NCBI GenBank assembly: GCA_025340205.1
Contig: CP006868.1
Span: 450,001-482,000 of the forward strand
Length of the DNA: 32,000 nt
Source: Ignicoccus pacificus DSM 13166
GTDB lineage: Archaea > Thermoproteota > Thermoprotei_A > Sulfolobales > Ignicoccaceae
Reading direction: 5' to 3'
The translations under genes were made by a program, and so were the position numbers. This document shows, piece by piece, positions 1 through 8,686 of the stretch (positions are counted from its first letter, which is position 1; every line of letters begins with the position of its first letter). The notes beneath the pieces were generated by a model. The model saw nothing but the letters and a program-made list of their open reading frames with translations, searched no databases and was not told where the DNA came from.

Positions 1-421
1 CATACTCGGGATCCACTACTGCCAAGTAGGCTTCATCACCAATTATCTCAACCATTAGGACCTTCTCGGGATTGCTCAAGTCCACCTTAGCGTTGACGGT
101 GTCTAGAACCACGGAGCCGAGCTCGGCGTTGACTTGGACCGAGGTGAAGGGGTGCTTCCCCCTCCTTACCGTCCTCACAGCGAACCTCTTCCCCTCAAGC
201 TCCTTCGCCAACTCCCTAGCAGCTTCCCTTAGCTCCTCCAAGTCCGCCTTTGTACAAACTTGAGCCACCATCCCCCTTATTACCTCTGGCATCTCCAAGG
301 CTTTCCTCAACGCCTCCTGAGGATCCTTACAGTTCCTCAATAGCACCAGTCCTTGGAATCCCATAGGAGCTCCTATTACCTCGCACTCTACCTCCAAGTT
401 GTTCGCTACGTACTTCTCCAT
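1..421 (-). CDS. THUMP-domain protein; the 3' end runs off the window and it is absent from the supplied ORF track
   Basis: I translated the minus strand by hand from the ATG at the complement of 419-421. It gives 140 stop-free codons: MEKYVANNLEVECEVIGAPMGF...GKRFAVRTVRRGKHPFTSVQVNAELGSVVLDTVNAKVDLSNPEKVLMVEIIGDEAYLAVVDPEY. The pattern R-x-G-x-H-x-F-[ST] ... VDL-x-x-P-[ED] is the THUMP signature. Confidence 0.6.
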   Translation of the reverse strand, partial: MEKYVANNLEVECEVIGAPMGFQGLVLLRNCKDPQEALRKALEMPEVIRGMVAQVCTKADLEELREAARELAKELEGKRFAVRTVRRGKHPFTSVQVNAELGSVVLDTVNAKVDLSNPEKVLMVEIIGDEAYLAVVDPEY

Positions 422-496
422 CCCCAGCTCGGTTTTCAGTATGACCGCCTTGCACAACCTTTAACTCCCGGCTCTCCTCAAGGGGGTAGTGAAAAC

Positions 497-1654
497 TTGA
501 GGATAGTGCCCCTGGAGGAGATAGCGGCGAGAGCTTTAAACAACGTGGTCAAGGGAAGAAGCCTCAAGAGCTACTTGGAAAGAGAGTATAGAAGACTGGG
601 AATACCGGACAGAGCTAGGCCGGTGTTGGTCGGCCTAGTATCGAACGTGGCTAGGAGGTGGATGGTCCTCTCTTATCTGCTCGAGGAGGAGAGGGAGAGG
701 CCTCCTAAGGGCTTCTCCAAGTGGCTCAAGCTGGTAATAGCCTACCAAGCCGTCTTCAGGAAGGTGCCCTATGAGAAGCTGAAGGTGAAGGCTGAGAAAG
801 AGTGGTACGAAGAGATGCTGAAGGTGGAGCCGGAGGATCTGGAGAGGGAGTTCGGACCTAGGGTGTTTAGAAGCGTTCCCAAGTGGGCGTGGAGGGAGAT
901 AGCGAAGGTAGCTGAGCCGATAGCCTTTGTAGACTCCTTGGACTTTAGGGAACACTTCTGGATAAGGGTGAGAGATCCGAAGGTAATCAAGAGGTTAAAG
1001 GAGCTGCGATTGGAGCTGGAGGAGAGCGAGCTCCCGGACGTCTTCAAGGCAAAGGGCCCAATGAGGGTCCTCATAACTACTAAGCTCCACCCCAAGAAGG
1101 TAATAATAATGGAGAAGGCCTCCGCGTGGATAGCTCACTTGACCGAGGGAAAGGTATTAGACCTAACCTCAGCCCCGGGAGGGAAGGCCTTACACGCTCA
1201 AGATCTGGGAAGGATTGTAGTAGCCAACGACATAGACCCGAAGAGGTTTGCCTTCAGGGAGATAGAGAGGGTGGCGGGAGACGCTAGAAGGGGTCCCTTC
1301 AGGAGGGCCTTTGACACGGTAATCCTAGACCCGGACTGCACCGGAATAGGTAGGTTGCACTCGCCCGAAAGCAGGCTGTGGTTGGCTATGACGAGTAAGG
1401 AAAAGATGGCGGAGTACCAAAGGGAGCTCATAAGGGCTTCAATCAAGTACTTGAAGAAGGGAGGAAGGTTGATCTACAGCACTTGTACCATAACCTACGA
1501 GGAAAATGAAGGTCATGAAAAGTTAATGAATGAATTAGGTTTGAGAGCCGTAGAGGTGGAGGTGGCCTCCCCGGGGTTCAAGAGAGGTTGGAGGAGGTTC
1601 TTGCCGAACGTCCACGGGACCATAGGCTTTACTTTGACTGTTCATGAGTTTTGA
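497..1654 (+). CDS. NOL1/NOP2/Sun-family RNA cytosine-C5 methyltransferase
   Basis: Motifs seen: SAM-binding DLTSAPGGKA, catalytic ILDPDCTGIG and YSTCT, and a NusB-like N-terminus (EEIAARALNNVVKG). The track start at 353 overlaps the divergent THUMP gene, so I moved the start to the in-frame TTG at 497. The GTG at 506 is also possible. Confidence 0.85.
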   Translation: MRIVPLEEIAARALNNVVKGRSLKSYLEREYRRLGIPDRARPVLVGLVSNVARRWMVLSYLLEEERERPPKGFSKWLKLVIAYQAVFRKVPYEKLKVKAEKEWYEEMLKVEPEDLEREFGPRVFRSVPKWAWREIAKVAEPIAFVDSLDFREHFWIRVRDPKVIKRLKELRLELEESELPDVFKAKGPMRVLITTKLHPKKVIIMEKASAWIAHLTEGKVLDLTSAPGGKALHAQDLGRIVVANDIDPKRFAFREIERVAGDARRGPFRRAFDTVILDPDCTGIGRLHSPESRLWLAMTSKEKMAEYQRELIRASIKYLKKGGRLIYSTCTITYEENEGHEKLMNELGLRAVEVEVASPGFKRGWRRFLPNVHGTIGFTLTVHEF

Positions 1655-1863
1655 GATTATTCTTCTTAATGATTATCTATATTCTCATATTAGGTTCCTT
1701 TTCGAAGATATGAGGTAGTGTACATATAGTATCACCACTCAATAGAGTTTTCCTGGGGATACTATGGAGAAGGTCTATTTCATTCCCTTCGAGAACCCTC
1801 CCATAGAGTGGGGAGACAGCTGGATGGGCGCGGCCGCTTGAAGGTCCGGTTGATTCGTTAAGC

Positions 1864-2202
1864 TCAGACCTCTCCCAAGCTCAGCTTTATCTTATCTTTG
1901 ATCTTTCCATAGAACCACATGTCCTTAGGCCTGACCACGTGGAGGTCTATTGGATAGTCCAAGGGAAGGCCGTAGGAGAAGGCCTTATCCACTATCCTCA
2001 AGGTTAACTTCCTCACCTCCTTGTCGCCCAGATCTTTATCTATTACCACCATTATGTCAAGATCGCTCGCAGCCGTAAATTTTCCCTTCGCCACTCCTCC
2101 GAACAAGTAGACTTCAGCGTCGCCCAACTCCTCTTTAATTGCCTTTAATACCGGCTTAACGTACTTTCTCCAGTTCTTTAAGTACTGGTACTGTTCGTAC
2201 AT
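1864..2202 (-). CDS. Minimal nucleotidyltransferase (MNT), partner of the upstream HEPN protein
   Basis: GGVAKGKFTAASDLDIMVV matches the G-[SG]-x(9-10)-D-x-D pol-beta-type nucleotidyltransferase motif. The protein is 112 aa and lies 4 nt downstream of the HEPN ORF on the same strand. Confidence 0.85.
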   Translation of the reverse strand: MYEQYQYLKNWRKYVKPVLKAIKEELGDAEVYLFGGVAKGKFTAASDLDIMVVIDKDLGDKEVRKLTLRIVDKAFSYGLPLDYPIDLHVVRPKDMWFYGKIKDKIKLSLGEV

Positions 2203-2206
2203 GTAG

Positions 2207-2668
2207 CTATACGTTCTGCACCACCTCCTGGATCAAGTTAATTATCTCTTCAGCCAGCTTGATTGGCTCCTCGGCTTCTTCAGCCTCAAAGGCTCTGGGG
2301 CCGTATCTCCCTTCCTTGTAGGCCTCCTCTAACGCATAGAGCTCATATCTCCTCTCACTTATGAACTTCAAGATCTTGCTCTTTTCCCCTTCCGGAAGGC
2401 CTTTCGCTAGAGACCCCAAGAGCCTCCTTATCTCGTGAGTCCTTGAGTCGATACCGTAAAGCTGGATCAAGGCCGACTTAACGAAAAGCTGAGCCGCTTG
2501 CTCTGCAAAGAAGGCCGCGAGGTCTGGTTCCTCGCTCAACACCCTCTTGGCCTCATGCAGAAACGCGAGGGCCCTCTTCCTTAGGAGTTCCACGTACTCT
2601 CCACTCAAGGTATCCCGTGATAGTGTACAAGAGGAGGGATTAGAAGAAAAGTCTTCAGAGCTCCACAT
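2207..2668 (-). CDS. HEPN-domain protein (HEPN-MNT module)
   Basis: It has an all-helical profile, the R-T-H-E-I-x-x-L core (HEPN RxxxH-type motif region) and a C-terminal EGRY motif. The start is uncertain: the ATG at 2668 overlaps the 3' end of the nucleoside phosphorylase gene, and the TTG at 2608 or GTG at 2593 are alternatives. Confidence 0.75.
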   Translation of the reverse strand: MWSSEDFSSNPSSCTLSRDTLSGEYVELLRKRALAFLHEAKRVLSEEPDLAAFFAEQAAQLFVKSALIQLYGIDSRTHEIRRLLGSLAKGLPEGEKSKILKFISERRYELYALEEAYKEGRYGPRAFEAEEAEEPIKLAEEIINLIQEVVQNV

Positions 2669-3377
2669 CCACCAAGGCCTCTAACACGGCCTTAGTTGCT
2701 TTCTCCATAGCTGGGGCTAGCTGCTCGTGATGGAGAAGGTCCTTCTTCTTGGGGTCCACCAAGCTGTCTGCCATTACTACCAGAGCCCCAGTTCTGAAGC
2801 CCCTCATCCATCCCAAGGCGAACAGGGTAGCACATTCCATCTCTACCGCAACTATTCCCCTCTTGGTCCAGAACTCCACGAAGTCAGGACTCTCAGCATA
2901 GAAGGCGTCGTTGCTGACCACGGGTCCGTAGTGTATTGGCAAGCCTACCTCCTTGGCCTTCTCATATAGCTTGGTCGTTATCCAGGGGTCGGGGGAAGTG
3001 GGGAGGCAAGTGTTTGGGGAGTAAACTCCCAGAACTCCTCCGCAGTAGTAGGCAGCGCCGGTCACCACTAATCCGTGACCTACGTCTATCTCCTTCTTCA
3101 TGCTTCCAGCGGTTCCAAGCCTTACCATGGCCTTTGCTCCAAGCATTCTCAGCTCCTCAAAGACTATTGCCGCAGAAGGACCTCCTATTCCGTGGACGGC
3201 GACGCTGACGGGAACTCCCTTGTACTTGCCAGTGAATACCAAGAGCTCCCTGTTGCTGCTCACCAGCTTGGAGTCTTCGAGCATTTGGGCAACCATCTTC
3301 GCTCTGGCTGGATCTCCAACCACCACTACTCTTTCCGCCACCTCTCCGGGCTTGGCTGTCAAGTGCTGAGGCTTCAT
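2655..3377 (-). CDS. Nucleoside phosphorylase of the PNP/UDP family 1 (uridine / purine / MTA-phosphorylase-I type)
   Basis: Motifs seen: VVVVGDPARA, HGIGGPSAAI, RLGTAGS and VEMECATLF, all typical of the hexameric DeoD/Udp fold. Confidence 0.85.
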   Translation of the reverse strand: MKPQHLTAKPGEVAERVVVVGDPARAKMVAQMLEDSKLVSSNRELLVFTGKYKGVPVSVAVHGIGGPSAAIVFEELRMLGAKAMVRLGTAGSMKKEIDVGHGLVVTGAAYYCGGVLGVYSPNTCLPTSPDPWITTKLYEKAKEVGLPIHYGPVVSNDAFYAESPDFVEFWTKRGIVAVEMECATLFALGWMRGFRTGALVVMADSLVDPKKKDLLHHEQLAPAMEKATKAVLEALVDVEL

Positions 3378-3442
3378 GATCTCGCCAAGTGAGCCCCTCA
3401 GAGGCGATAATTAAGAGCTACCGGAGACAGAGTACTCCGTAA

Positions 3443-3787
3443 GTGATACCTTATTATCCTGCAGGAGTCAACAGACAGGGGAAGGAACTCTTGTTCGTGG
3501 TCCTCTTCACCTCCGATTACTGTCCGACTTGTGAGGAAGTGGAGAAGGTCTGGGAGATCTTCAAGAGGATGTACAGAGACGAGCTAGTATTCCTCGAGTT
3601 CAAGCTTGCCAACGATACCAAGAAGACCTTCAAGGCACTAGGAGTGAGCTGGGTTCCTACGGTAGTGTTCTATGACGAAGAAGAAAGGGAGCTGAGGAGG
3701 GTGGAGGGCTCCTTTACCTTAAGCGAGCTCGAAAAGGGCCTCAGAGCAGCTCTTCGTCGTAGAAGAGCGTGTCTTCAAGCGAGTTGA
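3443..3787 (+). CDS. Thioredoxin-fold protein (CPTC redox motif)
   Basis: FVVLFTSDYCPTCEEVEKVW followed by WVPTVVFY fits the thioredoxin beta-alpha-beta layout with a cis-Pro loop. The 3' end overlaps the convergent taw3-like gene by 47 nt. Confidence 0.55.
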   Translation: MIPYYPAGVNRQGKELLFVVLFTSDYCPTCEEVEKVWEIFKRMYRDELVFLEFKLANDTKKTFKALGVSWVPTVVFYDEEERELRRVEGSFTLSELEKGLRAALRRRRACLQAS

Positions 3788-4352
3788 TTATTCCCTCGTC
3801 TTCCAGCAAGCCCACAAACCTCACCAGCTTCAGCTTCCCGTTTAGTAAGAAGCGGTTGGCATGGCTTACGACCTTAGCTATAGTGTGACCGTTCTCCCTT
3901 CCGCTCAAGGGGTACTGGATGTTGTCGCTTCCCCTTACTATTACTCTGTAACAGCAGTTGGAGGGCTGTATCCCAGAGTACTTGAATCCAGCTGTCTTAG
4001 CTAAAGAAACTAGCTTCATAGCTAAGTCTATATCCTTAACTCCTATGTCTAGGAGAGGATGACTCGCCTTTATCCAGAGCCACTGACACCTCTTACCGTC
4101 TAAAGCCTTGAAGACGTCGTAGACGCTTATGGGACTGTGGGAGGTAAGCAAGTGCTCGGTGCCCCTCTTATCCTCGGGATTCTTGCCGTTGCATCCTATA
4201 GTTATCCTGCCCGCGCAGGATGAGGTAGTGAATAGGTTCTCATTCTCATTGAGGGCTAGTAATAAGTCAATCAGTTCTTCGTCCACCAACCCCTTTTCCA
4301 TATCCGATCTTAATTTGAGAAGGCTGTTTGCCCGAGCGGCCTCCCAACACAT
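3741..4352 (-). CDS. taw3: tRNA wyosine-derivative methyltransferase, Taw3/TYW3 family
   Basis: KGLVDEELIDLLLALNENENLFTTSSCAGRI is the TYW3 signature (KG-x-VD ... TTSSC-x-GR). Confidence 0.7.
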   Translation of the reverse strand: MCWEAARANSLLKLRSDMEKGLVDEELIDLLLALNENENLFTTSSCAGRITIGCNGKNPEDKRGTEHLLTSHSPISVYDVFKALDGKRCQWLWIKASHPLLDIGVKDIDLAMKLVSLAKTAGFKYSGIQPSNCCYRVIVRGSDNIQYPLSGRENGHTIAKVVSHANRFLLNGKLKLVRFVGLLEDEGIINSLEDTLFYDEELL

Positions 4353-4493
4353 CCCGAAACACCGTTCCTCAAACTAAGCAGTAGTTAAAGGTTGGAGGCA
4401 AGAAACTTAAAGAGAATTAAGGGAAAGAAAATAGGATATAAGAAGGGTGTTCAAGGAGGCCTTTTTCAAACCTCACTTCCCTCCGGAGGGGCG

Positions 4494-5201
4494 GTGTGGA
4501 AGACGTACGTGGTGCTTGCCGGAGGAGAGAGCAAGAGGTTCGGGAAGGATAAGCTCATAGCCTTAGTAGATGGGAGAAGGGTAATAGATAGGGTGTTAGA
4601 TGAGATAGGCGAGGATCACGTGCTCCTAACGGTCAGCGAGGAGAGGTGCAAGCTATACGGAGCCAAGAGGTGCTTGTACGATAACGGAAGGGGGCCAGCG
4701 GAGGCGCTCCTAGCGCTTGATGGTTCCTTCACATCCCTTTCCGGAGACCTACCTTGGATAAAGAGAGAGGTATTGGAAAGGCTGGAGGCCTTCAGGAGGT
4801 ACTTCGGGGCTCAAGTAGCTGTCCCGTTACACGGAAAGGGATTCCTCGAATCCTTGATGATAAGCGTTGAGGATATCAATCCTATAAAGAGGAGATTAAA
4901 GGAGAGGGAAATACCTAGAACCTTGAGGGTAACTGACATAATAAGGATCTCGGAAAAGGTCGTCTTCGTGGGATCGAAGTTCCTCAGCAGGGATCCCAGA
5001 GTCTTTGCCCATGTGAACACTCAGGAGGACCTCAAGATAGGAGCTCCCAAGGAGCCATTAGGGGAAAGGATAGTGGAACTTGAACTAGACTTTCATCCTT
5101 GTGAAGATCCATTAAGAGAGGTTGAACTCTATAGGAGGTACGGTCTCAAGCAGATGGAGCTCCACGCGCTTAAGGACTTGAGGATTTGCAAGGGAAGCTA
5201 G
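4494..5201 (+). CDS. MobA-like NTP-transferase (molybdenum cofactor guanylyl/cytidylyl-transferase-like)
   Basis: VVLAGGESKRFGKDKL matches the MobA LAGG-x-S-x-R-[FM]-G-x-DK motif. I moved the start from 4392 to the in-frame GTG at 4494, which has GGAGGGG 4-10 nt upstream. Confidence 0.55.
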   Translation: MWKTYVVLAGGESKRFGKDKLIALVDGRRVIDRVLDEIGEDHVLLTVSEERCKLYGAKRCLYDNGRGPAEALLALDGSFTSLSGDLPWIKREVLERLEAFRRYFGAQVAVPLHGKGFLESLMISVEDINPIKRRLKEREIPRTLRVTDIIRISEKVVFVGSKFLSRDPRVFAHVNTQEDLKIGAPKEPLGERIVELELDFHPCEDPLREVELYRRYGLKQMELHALKDLRICKGS

Positions 5202-5269
5202 CTTTCACGCTAATTTCGCCCAACTCTCTCGCATAAATACAATCTCCCCATCTTATTGGAGGGATAAAA

Positions 5270-5803
5270 TTGGCCTTCCTGGTCGACAAGACCTTAGAGA
5301 TTGCATATGATTTTGCAAGAGAGAAGTTCGGAGAGCTGATAAACAAGATCCAAAGTGGAAAACCTTTGACTAGCGAAGAAGCGAACTTCCTATTGCTCTT
5401 CATTGTTTTGAACGAGGTCAGATTGAGATATGACGAACTCTCAAGGCAGATTCAATTGAACAGAGAGATGATAAAGGAGACTGAGGAAAGACTAAGGAAC
5501 GAGATCAAAGCAACGGAGGAAAGATTGAACGAGAAGATCGAAGAGACCAAGAGAGATCTCGAGAAGAAGATCGAGTTAACCAACAAAAGGATAGACGATC
5601 TAAGAGAGGACTTCAACAAGAGGTTCGAGAGCTTGGAGCATAGAGTTTACGAGCTCGAGAAAGATGTGGAGGAACTCAAAGTGGCGGTTGCTAGGTTGGA
5701 TAGAGACGTGCAAGAGGTAAAGGAGGACGTAAAGGAGATAAAGAGCATGATGAACTTATTGCTAATGCATTTAGCGGGAATAAAGGTAGAGAAGGAGAAG
5801 TGA
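5270..5803 (+). CDS. Coiled-coil protein of unknown function
   Basis: TTG start. It has heptad-rich E/K/R/L composition and an internal 11-aa repeat (ETEERLRNEIK / ATEERLNEKIE). A T5 run follows the stop codon directly. Confidence 0.5.
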   Translation: MAFLVDKTLEIAYDFAREKFGELINKIQSGKPLTSEEANFLLLFIVLNEVRLRYDELSRQIQLNREMIKETEERLRNEIKATEERLNEKIEETKRDLEKKIELTNKRIDDLREDFNKRFESLEHRVYELEKDVEELKVAVARLDRDVQEVKEDVKEIKSMMNLLLMHLAGIKVEKEK

Positions 5804-5845
5804 TTTTTCAACCTTGGTCTTAGAAGTGTCTATTCCAGCTCTCCC

Positions 5846-6583
5846 CTAGTCATTTATCCATTTCTTTACCTTCACCTTGAACCCCATTTCCTTGAACGCC
5901 TTCTCCCACTCCTTAACCTCCTCCTCCGGCATGTTCCCCTTGTAGCAATGTTCGGAGCACCAAGCCTTATCCCTAGGATCCGTTAGGGGCTCAGTAACCA
6001 ATGGATTGACCACTATAACTACCTTCTCCCTATCGAAGGGCTCCACCAACTTCTTTATTTCGCCTATATACCTTATGGTTAATCCCTTTGCTACCGGAAT
6101 CCTAAGCTCCACAGGCTTCTTGCTCTGAGCGAGCTTGTTCAAGCACTTCTTGAAGTTGTTGAAAAAGATCCTCGCATTTCCATTAACCCCGTAGAGGGGT
6201 TCGAAGGGCATCTTGATGTCAGTAGCTACGTGATCGGCTAAATCGATAAGCTCCAGCGATTGGGGAATTGTGCAGTTGGTGTTCAGGGAGAACTCCACTC
6301 CCTCCTCCTTCGAGACCTTAGCTAGAGTTCTAACCAAGTTGGGCTGAAGAGCTGGCTCTCCTCCGGTCAGGTGAAGGTAATCCACGAAGTCCTTAGCATC
6401 CCTCAGCTCCTCCCTGAACTTCTCCAAAGGTATCTCGAAGCACCCTTGCCACTCCGCAACCTTCCAGTTGTGACAGAAGGGGCACTTCAAGTTGCAGCCG
6501 CAGGCCCAAGTTGTAAAGGTGATCCTCCCGACTACATCAACCAAGGAGAAAGGCTTCCATCCAGCTATGAGCATTCGGTCCAC
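5846..6583 (-). CDS. Radical-SAM activating enzyme (anaerobic ribonucleotide reductase / PFL activase-like)
   Basis: CGCNLKCPFCHNW is a CxxxCxxC cluster in the NrdG-type C-N-L-x-C-x-x-C-H-N context. LTGGEPAL is the SAM-binding GGE motif. Confidence 0.75.
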   Translation of the reverse strand: MDRMLIAGWKPFSLVDVVGRITFTTWACGCNLKCPFCHNWKVAEWQGCFEIPLEKFREELRDAKDFVDYLHLTGGEPALQPNLVRTLAKVSKEEGVEFSLNTNCTIPQSLELIDLADHVATDIKMPFEPLYGVNGNARIFFNNFKKCLNKLAQSKKPVELRIPVAKGLTIRYIGEIKKLVEPFDREKVVIVVNPLVTEPLTDPRDKAWCSEHCYKGNMPEEEVKEWEKAFKEMGFKVKVKKWIND

Positions 6584-6720
6584 CTAATCCCCTTCTAGGT
6601 ATAGGAAGGGTTTAAACGGGGAGGGAGTAATCTGGAGGTATAGCGCAGAAGCGAGATTAAGTGAGAGTTTATTGTATAACATATATTACAGATGCCGTAT
6701 TACATAGTTGAGGGGTTTCC

Positions 6721-6969
6721 TTGAGTGTAGTTGTGAGTTTCAGAATAGATAAGGAATTAAAAGAGAAGATGGATAAGTTTAAGTACATAAACTGGAGTGA
6801 GGTAGTTAGAAGAGCAATATACGAAACAATAAAGAAGGAAGAAGAAAAAATGAAGGAGAAGGATAGATCCAAAATCTCCTATGCTGTCCTCAAGATATCA
6901 GCGTTGAGGAGAAGGGCTGAGGGTTGGAATTCCGTGGAGGAGATAAGGAAATGGAGAGAAAGGTTGTAG
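6721..6969 (+). CDS. VapB-type antitoxin (ribbon-helix-helix-like)
   Basis: The protein is 82 aa. VVVSFRIDKELKEKMDKF...WSEVVRRAIYETI fits a strand-helix-helix layout. It overlaps the start of the PIN gene. Confidence 0.65.
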   Translation: MSVVVSFRIDKELKEKMDKFKYINWSEVVRRAIYETIKKEEEKMKEKDRSKISYAVLKISALRRRAEGWNSVEEIRKWRERL

Positions 6970-7376
6970 TCGATGCATCTGTAGTAGTAAAATGGTTCAT
7001 TGAAGAAGAATATAGCGAGCAAGCGTTGAAACTCCTCGACGCCTACAAGGAAGGTCTATTGGATTTAGTAGCTCCCTCCCTCTTACCCTATGAAGTTCTC
7101 AACGCGTTAAAGTATTCAAATGTCTTCGGTGAGGATGAGTTGAAAGAAGTAGCCATTGTGCTCGAAAGCCTCCAGATAACTACCTTTGAACTAAGGAGCG
7201 ATCACGCTCGGAGGAGTTTAGAAATTGCAATGAGGAAGGGAGTGACCGTGTATGATGCCTCCTACGTCGCTCTAGCAGAACTAGAGAACGCTGCCTTCTA
7301 TACGGCTGACGAGAAACTCCTAAGAAAGGTTAAGGATTTAGATTTCGTGAAGCACATAAGGGATTTTGATATCTAG
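6951..7376 (+). CDS. vapC: PIN-domain ribonuclease toxin VapC
   Basis: MERKVVVDASVVVKW carries the first acidic residue, and VYDASYVALAE and FYTADEKL are also present. I chose the start at the ATG at 6951, which is in frame within track ORF 6924-7376. Confidence 0.85.
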   Translation: MERKVVVDASVVVKWFIEEEYSEQALKLLDAYKEGLLDLVAPSLLPYEVLNALKYSNVFGEDELKEVAIVLESLQITTFELRSDHARRSLEIAMRKGVTVYDASYVALAELENAAFYTADEKLLRKVKDLDFVKHIRDFDI

Positions 7377-8680
7377 AGCTTTCTCTTGTCTATTACCCTC
7401 TTCGCCTTTCCTCCCTCTATTCTAGGTATCTCTCCGGGGTCCACGACCTTTACCCTCGGAGTTATTATCAAAGTCTCCCTTAGGGAGTATTCAAGCTCCT
7501 TCGCCAGCTGCTCCTTTGACTTTTCGTCAAGCTTCTCCTTGCTTTCGACTATTACGTACATCCTGTCCAAGTTTCCTTCCCTTTCTACGACTATTTGATA
7601 CTGATGATTCACCTTAGGGTTGGAAAGCAAGACCACTTCCACCGCAGAGGGGAAGACGTTCACTCCGTTTATTATGAGCATATCATCCGCCCTTCCCTTT
7701 ATCCTTGCTATCTTCCTCATAGTTCTTCCACATTCACAAGTCTTGGTATCGTAGATGAAGGTGATGTCGTTAGTCCAGTACCTCAGCAAGGGCATGGCTT
7801 CATGGGTTAGTGGAGTTACTACCAGCACTCCCTCCTCCTCAGGCTCCACGGGCTCGCCCGTCTTGGGATCGACCACCTCAACCAAGTAGTGGTCCTCCCA
7901 CACGTGGAGGCCGTCGTGGTAATGGCACTCCATAGCGGTTCCGGGGCCGTAAAGCTCGCTCATTCCGTAGATGTCGTAGGAGTCCATGTTCCAAAGCTCG
8001 TTTATCCTCTTCCTCAGCTCATCGCTCCACATCTCGGCTCCGAATACCCCAGTCCTAACCTTGGTGTCCTTAGCCGGGTCAACCCCCATCTCCAAGGCCA
8101 CTTCAGCTAGCCTCAGCGCGTAGTTGGGAACGGCAGCGAGCACGGTAGCTCCCAAGTCCTTGATCATCCTTACGTGCCTCTGCGTGAATCCCGTTCCAGC
8201 TGGAACTACCATGGCTCCTATCCTTTGACCACCGTAATGGAAGCCCAGGCCTCCGGTGAACCAGTGATAGCCCAGAGCCACGTACAAGATGTCGTCCTTG
8301 GTTATACCAGCAGCAGCGAAGCTCCTGGCCATAAGTTCGCTCCAATTATCGATGTCCTTCTTGGTGTAGCCTACGACGGTCGGCTTTCCGGTAGTTCCGC
8401 TGGAGGCATGGATCTCTATGATCTCGCTTAGGGGTACGGCGAACATTCCGTAAGGATACTCCTTCCTCAAGTCATCTTTCATCGTGAAAGGTATCTTCCT
8501 TATGTCGTCCAGGCTCTTTATATCATCCGGCTTAACTCCGGCCTCGTCCAGCTTCCTCCTATACAAGGGGACATTTTCGTATGCATGCCTAACGGTCTGC
8601 CTGAGCCTCTTGAGCTGGAGCTCCTCTATCTCCTTTCGAGGAGCCTTCTCTATTGGGTGTAAGATGTAGGGCTTACCCAT
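7373..8680 (-). CDS. paaK: Phenylacetate-CoA ligase
   Basis: It has the PaaK-type N-terminus (ELQLKRLRQTVRHAYENVPLYRRKLDEAG), the AMP-binding SSGTTGKPT motif, and a length of 435 aa. Confidence 0.9.
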   Translation of the reverse strand: MGKPYILHPIEKAPRKEIEELQLKRLRQTVRHAYENVPLYRRKLDEAGVKPDDIKSLDDIRKIPFTMKDDLRKEYPYGMFAVPLSEIIEIHASSGTTGKPTVVGYTKKDIDNWSELMARSFAAAGITKDDILYVALGYHWFTGGLGFHYGGQRIGAMVVPAGTGFTQRHVRMIKDLGATVLAAVPNYALRLAEVALEMGVDPAKDTKVRTGVFGAEMWSDELRKRINELWNMDSYDIYGMSELYGPGTAMECHYHDGLHVWEDHYLVEVVDPKTGEPVEPEEEGVLVVTPLTHEAMPLLRYWTNDITFIYDTKTCECGRTMRKIARIKGRADDMLIINGVNVFPSAVEVVLLSNPKVNHQYQIVVEREGNLDRMYVIVESKEKLDEKSKEQLAKELEYSLRETLIITPRVKVVDPGEIPRIEGGKAKRVIDKRKL

Positions 8681-8686
8681 TTGTGC

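Noticed and set aside
353-496. The N-terminal extension of the Sun-type methyltransferase (track start 353).
   Set aside because: It overlaps the 5' end of the divergent THUMP gene (start at 421) and encodes no conserved residues. The NusB-like N-terminus begins near 497.
1655-1863. An AT-rich 209-bp spacer with a 25-codon ATG ORF (MEKVYFIPFENPPIEWGDSWMGAAA).
   Set aside because: There is no RBS or TATA box in a convincing position, no recognisable RNA motif, and it is too short to support without comparative data.
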